DNA of 64,000 nt from Candidatus Latescibacterota bacterium. GTDB taxonomy: Bacteria; Latescibacterota; UBA2968; UBA8231. Position 1 is the first letter of the stretch. Every line of letters begins with the position of its first letter. Below, piece after piece: positions 58,274-64,000 of this stretch. Under the pieces are notes generated by a model. The model had not been told where the DNA came from, made no database searches, and worked only from the letters and a program-made list of their open reading frames with translations. A program made the position numbers and the translations under genes. The DNA lies in the NCBI GenBank assembly GCA_963422735.1, contig OY730476.1:1472001-1536000 (forward strand), written 5' to 3'.

Positions 58274-61200
58274 GACTCTTAGCGCTTCTCGGCATCTGTT
58301 TGGTACCGCTGGTCGCAGCCCACGCCCAAAAGGGCCACCGCGTCACCAGCCGCTCCGTAGTGGTCAATAGGGCCGCGCACTGGCACAATTGGCAGCTACC
58401 TATCCACGCCGTGAAGGTGTCGCCGGACGGCGCGGTTGAGCCGCGCTTTTTTCGCGCACATTTCAACCTGCTCGACGACCTGAAGACCTTCACCCGCCCC
58501 ATCGTAGATCTGCGTCGCCGCCGCAACCAGACCGCCATCCTCAACATCGATAGCACCCAGACCCGCGACGTAAAAGGCGAAGTCATCCTCGACCGCAAGG
58601 GCAACCCCATCTATTCCTATTTCTTTCGCCCGGGCATCAGCCGCGTCGGCTCTAATGAGGCCGCTGCCGCCCACATTCTCGACGGCGATCCAACCACCTT
58701 CTGGGAGCCCGACCCGCAGGCGCCGCTCGACGACTGGTGGATCGAAATAGACTTGGGCCGCGTCGTGGCAGTCGATTCCCTCGTCATCCACTTCGTCGAG
58801 GAAGAGCTAGGCGATCCCTTCTTCCAGTTCCGCGTCCTCGCCGCACCCGACCAAGAACCGGTGTGGGAAAACGCCGACAAAATCACCTTTGAACGAATCG
58901 CCAACACCAAGGCCCCCAACCGCGACCAGCGCACCTTCCTCATCGGCCTCGAACAGCTCAAAGCCGACCCCGACTGGCAGGGCCAGCTAGTGCAGACCAT
59001 CCGCATCGTGGTCAGCGATACCCGCGGCGAGCGCGGCGAGCGCATCAGCGAAGAGGAATGGCAGGCCCTGCCAGCCGACGAGCGCGGCGCGAGCGTCTAT
59101 TTCATCCGCGACGAACAGGGCTTTGAAGAGCCGGTCGAGCGCGCAATCTATGAAAGCCTCGCCCCCCAACGCCAAGGCCGCTTGGATTTCTATCGGCGCG
59201 AGCGACCGCGCTTAGCCGAAATCGAGGTGTACGGGTTTGGCGACAACATCAGCAGCGGCTTGATAGCCGGCGGCGGCCGCCTCGGCCTGACCGGCGACGG
59301 CTTCCTACCAGGGCCGGCTTTTGACGCGGATTTCAACACCAGCTTTCTGCACCTTGTTTGGTCGCCGACCATCGACCGCGGCGTGCTCACCGTTGACATG
59401 GGCGCGTCGTTTTGGCTCGACGCCATGCGCATTTCCTCGGCCCGGCCCCAGCCCTTTATCGACGGCTACTTGATCCGCGGCTCCGACGGCTCGCGCGACA
59501 CGCGCGGCAGAATCAAGTGGGCGCGCCTCAGCCCCCGCTCCCGCGAGGACAATAGCTCCGACCGCTTTGAGCACATCATCGATACCTACATCTCCAGCCC
59601 TAAGCTCCGCTTCCTCGAAATAAGCATCATCTCGTCGGACCCGCGCCGCCGAGGCGGGTACAACACCGGGCCGACCATTGCCGAGTACCAGCTTTTTTCC
59701 ACCGGCTACCCAGCGCAAGCAGAGTTGACTTCCGATCTGATTGCGCTGCCTGGGGCGCGCAACTTCGGGGCCATTACTTGGGAAGCCCAAACGCCCCCGG
59801 GCACGACCGTGGCAATTCGCACCCGCACCGGCGACTTGCTGGGCAAGTTCATCCGCTACTTCGATAGATCGGGCAACGAAATCACCTATGACGCTTGGAA
59901 AAACCTCTTGGGTAGCTTCAAGGGGCCAGCCGACACCACCTTCGTGCCCACTAGCGGCTGGAGCTCTTGGAGCCGCGCCTACCAGCAGCCCGGCGACATT
60001 GTCACCTCCCCCGGTCTGCGCAAGTTCATGCAGTTCCAAGTCGAGATGACTACCACCGACCGCGAGGCCGCGGCTTCGATCCGCTCGCTCGCAGTCGAAC
60101 TGCTCAATCCCGTGGCCGAGCGCATCGCGGCCGAGCTGTGGCCAGCCTCGGTGGAGGTCTCCGGTGTGCGGGAGACCTTTGACGTCTTTGCCCAACCCTA
60201 CTTCATCGAGTCGCCCGCGGCATCGCGCAGCTCTGGCTTCAACGAAATCCTGCTGACCATGCCGGCCGCGGAAAACCTCGAACTCTTGGAATTTGGCATC
60301 GGCAGTCCAGACGGCGAAAAGGTCTTTCGCTCCGGGGCTGAGGGCGGCCTACTCACGGCCGACGACCAGACGCCAGTCGCGCTTTTGGCCAACGGCGGCG
60401 ACTCGATCTGGGTGCGCCTAGACGACGCGCTCAACATCCTGCCTGCGGCTAGCCGCACGTACAACCGCATAACCCTTGAGGGCGAAGAGGTGCCCGTGAC
60501 CCAAGACGGCTTGCCACTTACGGCCGCGGCGTACGGCACCCTCGACGAAGACGAACGGGGGGCCATCCGCTACTTCCGCCGCCGCGGCGACCGGCTCAGC
60601 GAGATCGACCAAACCAGCTACCGCGACCTGCCCAGCGAGGAGCAAGGCCCGGTCCGCTACTTCCGCGTTCTGCGCGGCGATGGAGCCCAGTTCCCCTTTG
60701 ATGTGCGCGGCGACTCGCTCGACTCGGTCGCGTACAACCGCCTCTTTTCGACCGAGCGCGGCATTGTGACCGGGCCGGGCCAGCGTTTCCGCTTGCGCCT
60801 TTCAGCACCGGTCTTTCTCAACGGCACGACCTTGCGCCTGTTCGTGCGCCACGCAGCGAGCGCCGATGCCGAGGTGGCGTGGCAGGCCGTTGAAGCGGGC
60901 AACGCCGACGAAGGCGTCGCCAGCAACACGCTCTCAATCAAGGTCCCCATCGACAGCGATCTCGTCCATGGCCTCACAGTCGGCCCCAACCCCTTTACCC
61001 CCAACGGCGACGGGATCAACGACGCGGCTGAAATTTCGCTGGATATCTTCAAGCTCACTTCGAGTCGCCGCCTCCAAGTGCGGATGTACGCGCTCGATGG
61101 GCGACGGGTTTGGCAGCGCGAAGAAATGGTGCTGAGCGGCCGCACCACCGTGCGTTGGGACGGCGTCGATGATCGCGGCCGCCAAGCACCGCCCGGGCTG

Positions 61201-61281
61201 TATCTGTGCCAAGTCCAGCTCGACGCCGACGCCGCAGAGCACCCGACGACCCAAGCGCGGATTATCGCCGTGGCCTACTAG
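58270..61281 (+). CDS. Large secreted protein with discoidin-like domains and C-terminal FlgD-Ig/CTD-like domain
   Basis: Signal peptide; DGDPTTFW..WIEIDLGR; PNPFTPNGDGIND...WDG.D..G...PPGLY. Confidence 0.8.
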   Translation: MRLLALLGICLVPLVAAHAQKGHRVTSRSVVVNRAAHWHNWQLPIHAVKVSPDGAVEPRFFRAHFNLLDDLKTFTRPIVDLRRRRNQTAILNIDSTQTRDVKGEVILDRKGNPIYSYFFRPGISRVGSNEAAAAHILDGDPTTFWEPDPQAPLDDWWIEIDLGRVVAVDSLVIHFVEEELGDPFFQFRVLAAPDQEPVWENADKITFERIANTKAPNRDQRTFLIGLEQLKADPDWQGQLVQTIRIVVSDTRGERGERISEEEWQALPADERGASVYFIRDEQGFEEPVERAIYESLAPQRQGRLDFYRRERPRLAEIEVYGFGDNISSGLIAGGGRLGLTGDGFLPGPAFDADFNTSFLHLVWSPTIDRGVLTVDMGASFWLDAMRISSARPQPFIDGYLIRGSDGSRDTRGRIKWARLSPRSREDNSSDRFEHIIDTYISSPKLRFLEISIISSDPRRRGGYNTGPTIAEYQLFSTGYPAQAELTSDLIALPGARNFGAITWEAQTPPGTTVAIRTRTGDLLGKFIRYFDRSGNEITYDAWKNLLGSFKGPADTTFVPTSGWSSWSRAYQQPGDIVTSPGLRKFMQFQVEMTTTDREAAASIRSLAVELLNPVAERIAAELWPASVEVSGVRETFDVFAQPYFIESPAASRSSGFNEILLTMPAAENLELLEFGIGSPDGEKVFRSGAEGGLLTADDQTPVALLANGGDSIWVRLDDALNILPAASRTYNRITLEGEEVPVTQDGLPLTAAAYGTLDEDERGAIRYFRRRGDRLSEIDQTSYRDLPSEEQGPVRYFRVLRGDGAQFPFDVRGDSLDSVAYNRLFSTERGIVTGPGQRFRLRLSAPVFLNGTTLRLFVRHAASADAEVAWQAVEAGNADEGVASNTLSIKVPIDSDLVHGLTVGPNPFTPNGDGINDAAEISLDIFKLTSSRRLQVRMYALDGRRVWQREEMVLSGRTTVRWDGVDDRGRQAPPGLYLCQVQLDADAAEHPTTQARIIAVAY

Positions 61282-61289
61282 TTGACCAA

Positions 61290-62100
61290 TGGTGCTAGTG
61301 TCCTAGATGGACAATTTGACGAATTCATCGCGAGCTGACAAAAGAACCGAACCGCTCGTGTCCATCACCTTTTGCATGGCCGCGAGTAAAGCGGCCGGGC
61401 TCATCAGAATACCCAGAATGGAAAGCGCACTACCCAGTGGTATTTCTAAAGTCTCGCGTGAGCTGTAACGGGGAGCTTGCGATTGGGTCGATCGATGCTG
61501 AGATGGGCATACAGGGTGCCCCCGTGGGGTTTTCCAAAATCACGGTCGACCCCGTCATACCGCTGGGCGCGGGGCTCGAGAACGCGGTCGTCACCTCGCG
61601 TAGGCGAGGATTTCCCGCCCCCCGTCGAGCTGAGCCTAAATCGCCTCCGGCTCCAGTTGACAGATCGCCGCGCCAACGTCGTTCGCACAGCAACTCGCGC
61701 TCGAGATAGATCCCGGCGTTTGCCTAGCACATCTGCCAGTGCCTGCGAAGATTCGGCCAGTTCTGATGCTAACAGCGCGGCAAAATTTTTAGGGTCTCTC
61801 AGCAGAAAGAAGGCGATGGGCCAGCACTCGGGTGAGAGGAGGATGCGAAGAATATCCATCATATTGGACGGCGGCATGTCTTCTCCAAGGCTTCGCCTCC
61901 CACAAAGCATACCAAGCCGCTGCTCCAAAAGCTGAAGCCCTCCAGTTCCTTATCCAAATCGAGTTGATAGGAAATATTCCTATCCCGATTCCTCATATCA
62001 TAGGGCGAATTAGAAGTCCGAGTGCCGTCATCAGCGCGGCCTGTCGTTCTTCCTTCTCTCTGAGGTCGCTAATGCGCTGAGCCAATTTGACGCTGAGCGT
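61290..62100 (-). pseudogene. Unidentified degraded coding remnant (lower GC)
   Basis: Broken helical-looking ORF pieces joined to a truncated amidase. Confidence 0.25.
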
Positions 62101-62104
62101 TTCG

Positions 62105-62272
62105 ATCCTGAGCCCGCTCCGGCGCGACCGTGATGAAGGCATTGAGCTTTGAGTCGAGCGATTCGATTCGGCGCAGCACGGCCTGTACGACCTCCACCGG
62201 GGACAGCTCGCGGCGCTCGTACAGGCGGCGCAGTTCAGCACCGGAGAGATAGCACAGATCGGTGTCGTTCAT
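62105..62272 (-). pseudogene. Amidase (GatA-like) N-terminal fragment
   Basis: ELSPVEVVQAVL.RIE..D.KLNAFIT, then homology stops. Confidence 0.8.
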
Positions 62273-62276
62273 GTTG

Positions 62277-63269
62277 TTATGAATCTGGAAGCACCACTTC
62301 TCTGCCGAGGCGGGACGACTCCATACACGCCGTCAGTACCGCCACCAGATGGCGGGCGTATTCGGCCGTCACCGGTGGCTCCGTTCCCGCGTCAATCGCC
62401 TCGACGAACGCGCCTAGCTGCCGCGTCGTGGTGTCGTGGTTCTCGGTCACCTCGGCCTGTTCCCAGTCCCCATCTCGGCCGATAAATAGATCGTTCCTTC
62501 CCGATTCGATCCCTCTTCGCAGTTGGATCATGCCGTCCGTGCAGACAAACTCCGTGCTCAAGCGTTTACCCCCCGTCCTCCACCACACGTGAATCAGCGT
62601 CGAGTACATTCCGTTGTCGAACTGCAAAAGCACCATGGCCACATCGTCCGCTGAGAATTCAAAAAAACGGCTGTCGATTAAGGCCTTGACGGCGACGACG
62701 CGACTGCCCGTCCACCAGCAGGAGCGATCGATCAAGTGGATGCCGTTCTGATACCACAAGCCCCCATGCGTCGCCTTGTCGAGGTACCAGGCCGGCCTGT
62801 TGGGGTTGAAGGGGCGATAGGCCTCGTCGCAGAGACAGATCAAGTCGCCCACGGCCTGCTCGCGCAGCAGCTTCTTCACGGCTCGGTTTGGCGGCGAGAA
62901 GCGGTGCATGTGGCCGACGGAGAGCTGTTTGCCGGCCCGCTGCGCGGCCGCGATCATGGCGTCTGCCTGCTCCACGTTGACGGCCATCGGTTTTTCCACC
63001 AGCACGTGTTTGCCGGCCTCCAAGGCGGCTACGGTCACTTCGCAGTGCAGGCCGTGGGGCAGGCAGACGATGACGAGGTCAACCCGATCATCTGCGAGCA
63101 GATCCTCATAGGAGGAGTAGCTGTGGCAACCGTACTCCGCGCAGACGAGGGCTAGGCGTTCCGCGTGGGTGTCGGCGACCGCCCGCAAGTGCGTAGATTC
63201 AAGGGCCGCCACCGCTTGCAGATGCCCTCTGGCTATGCTGCCGGCACCGATGATTCCAACTCCGTGCAT
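62277..63269 (-). CDS. Gfo/Idh/MocA oxidoreductase
   Basis: GIIGAGSIA, AGKHVLVEKPMA, IHLID. Confidence 0.92.
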   Translation of the reverse strand: MHGVGIIGAGSIARGHLQAVAALESTHLRAVADTHAERLALVCAEYGCHSYSSYEDLLADDRVDLVIVCLPHGLHCEVTVAALEAGKHVLVEKPMAVNVEQADAMIAAAQRAGKQLSVGHMHRFSPPNRAVKKLLREQAVGDLICLCDEAYRPFNPNRPAWYLDKATHGGLWYQNGIHLIDRSCWWTGSRVVAVKALIDSRFFEFSADDVAMVLLQFDNGMYSTLIHVWWRTGGKRLSTEFVCTDGMIQLRRGIESGRNDLFIGRDGDWEQAEVTENHDTTTRQLGAFVEAIDAGTEPPVTAEYARHLVAVLTACMESSRLGREVVLPDS

Positions 63270-63345
63270 CTCATCCTCGATTCGGAAGGTGGGAAGTATA
63301 AACGGGCATTTGAACCTTGGCCCACCTCGATGGACGGGCCTCTCC

Positions 63346-64000
63346 CTATGGTTTCTGAGCACCGTTCGTCTCGATGTACACCGAAAACAGCGACTGCGAA
63401 CAGGTGATGAACAGCCTGTTCTTTTTTGCACCGCCGAAGCAGAGGTTGGCGCAGGGTGCCGGCAGGTGGATCTTGCCGATCAAGGTACCGTCGGGAGCAA
63501 AACAATGTACGCCGTCGTAGCCCTCGCCCCCCCAGCAGGCCCCCGACCACAAGTTGCCATCCACATCAGTGCGGATCCCATCCGACGAGCCAGGCTCCAT
63601 GTCGGCGAAGACGCGCCCGTTTGCGATGCGGTCGCCGTGGACGTCGAAAACGCGGATGTGGGTGGGGTGTTGGGGGCCGTCGGAACGCCCGGTATCGACG
63701 ATGTAGAGCAGGGACTCGTCCGGGCTGAAGCAGAGGCCGTTTGGCCGCTGGAAATCTCCGGTCACCACCGTCGCTTGCCCAGTGTCCGGGTCGAGACGGT
63801 ACACGTTGGCGGCATTCTCGAACGCACCCCGATGCCCCTCGTAGTCCAGCAGAATGCCGTAACCGGGATCCGTGAACCAGATCGAACCATCGGATTTTAC
63901 TACGATGTCGTTGGGGGCGTTCAACGGCCTGCCCTCGAACTGGTCCATCAACACGGCGATCGAACCGTCGTATTCCGTCCGCGTGACTCGGCGTGCGTCG
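63346..64000 (-). CDS. SMP-30/gluconolactonase family protein (5' end outside window)
   Basis: LNAPND...DGSIWFTDP, PNGLCFSPDE, DGIRTD.DGNLW. Confidence 0.92.
   Translation of the reverse strand, partial: DARRVTRTEYDGSIAVLMDQFEGRPLNAPNDIVVKSDGSIWFTDPGYGILLDYEGHRGAFENAANVYRLDPDTGQATVVTGDFQRPNGLCFSPDESLLYIVDTGRSDGPQHPTHIRVFDVHGDRIANGRVFADMEPGSSDGIRTDVDGNLWSGACWGGEGYDGVHCFAPDGTLIGKIHLPAPCANLCFGGAKKNRLFITCSQSLFSVYIETNGAQKP

Overview
GC-rich bacterial chromosomal window. Gene content (FlgD-Ig/T9SS-CTD-like secreted proteins, a C-terminal WGxIK tail, two DUF6785-type polytopic membrane proteins, PhyH paralogues, expanded AAA ATPases) suggests a Latescibacterota/Poribacteria-like, possibly sponge-associated, lineage; this is inference. 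Housekeeping genes: infA, class I lysS, yhbY, comEC, pckA, ahcY, mnmA, nth. There are also sugar/organic-acid catabolic genes and a sugar ABC transporter. Many intergenic gaps hold decayed toxin-antitoxin, IS701/IS982, protease and ATPase fragments. Main observations: (1) a 2-oxoacid/acetoin dehydrogenase operon whose E2 keeps its lipoyl lysine but has lost both catalytic residues; (2) an M28/DUF4910-like peptidase fused to an AAC(3) acetyltransferase; (3) two parallel modules of DUF6785-type membrane protein + TPR + beta-propeller; (4) a modular FGE/CLec surface protein with a DGR-like variable end, a nested CTD-like domain and IS982 tails; (5) a class I LysRS without a recognisable KMSKS; (6) a 145-bp MITE with TIRs and TSD whose removal restores a reading frame; (7) a ~150-bp dispersed repeat that appears to supply a ribosome-binding site; (8) an unnamed ~20-aa repeat in a 1003-aa secreted protein. 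No rRNA, tRNA or CRISPR array was seen. All family calls come from motif recognition by eye, not database searches.
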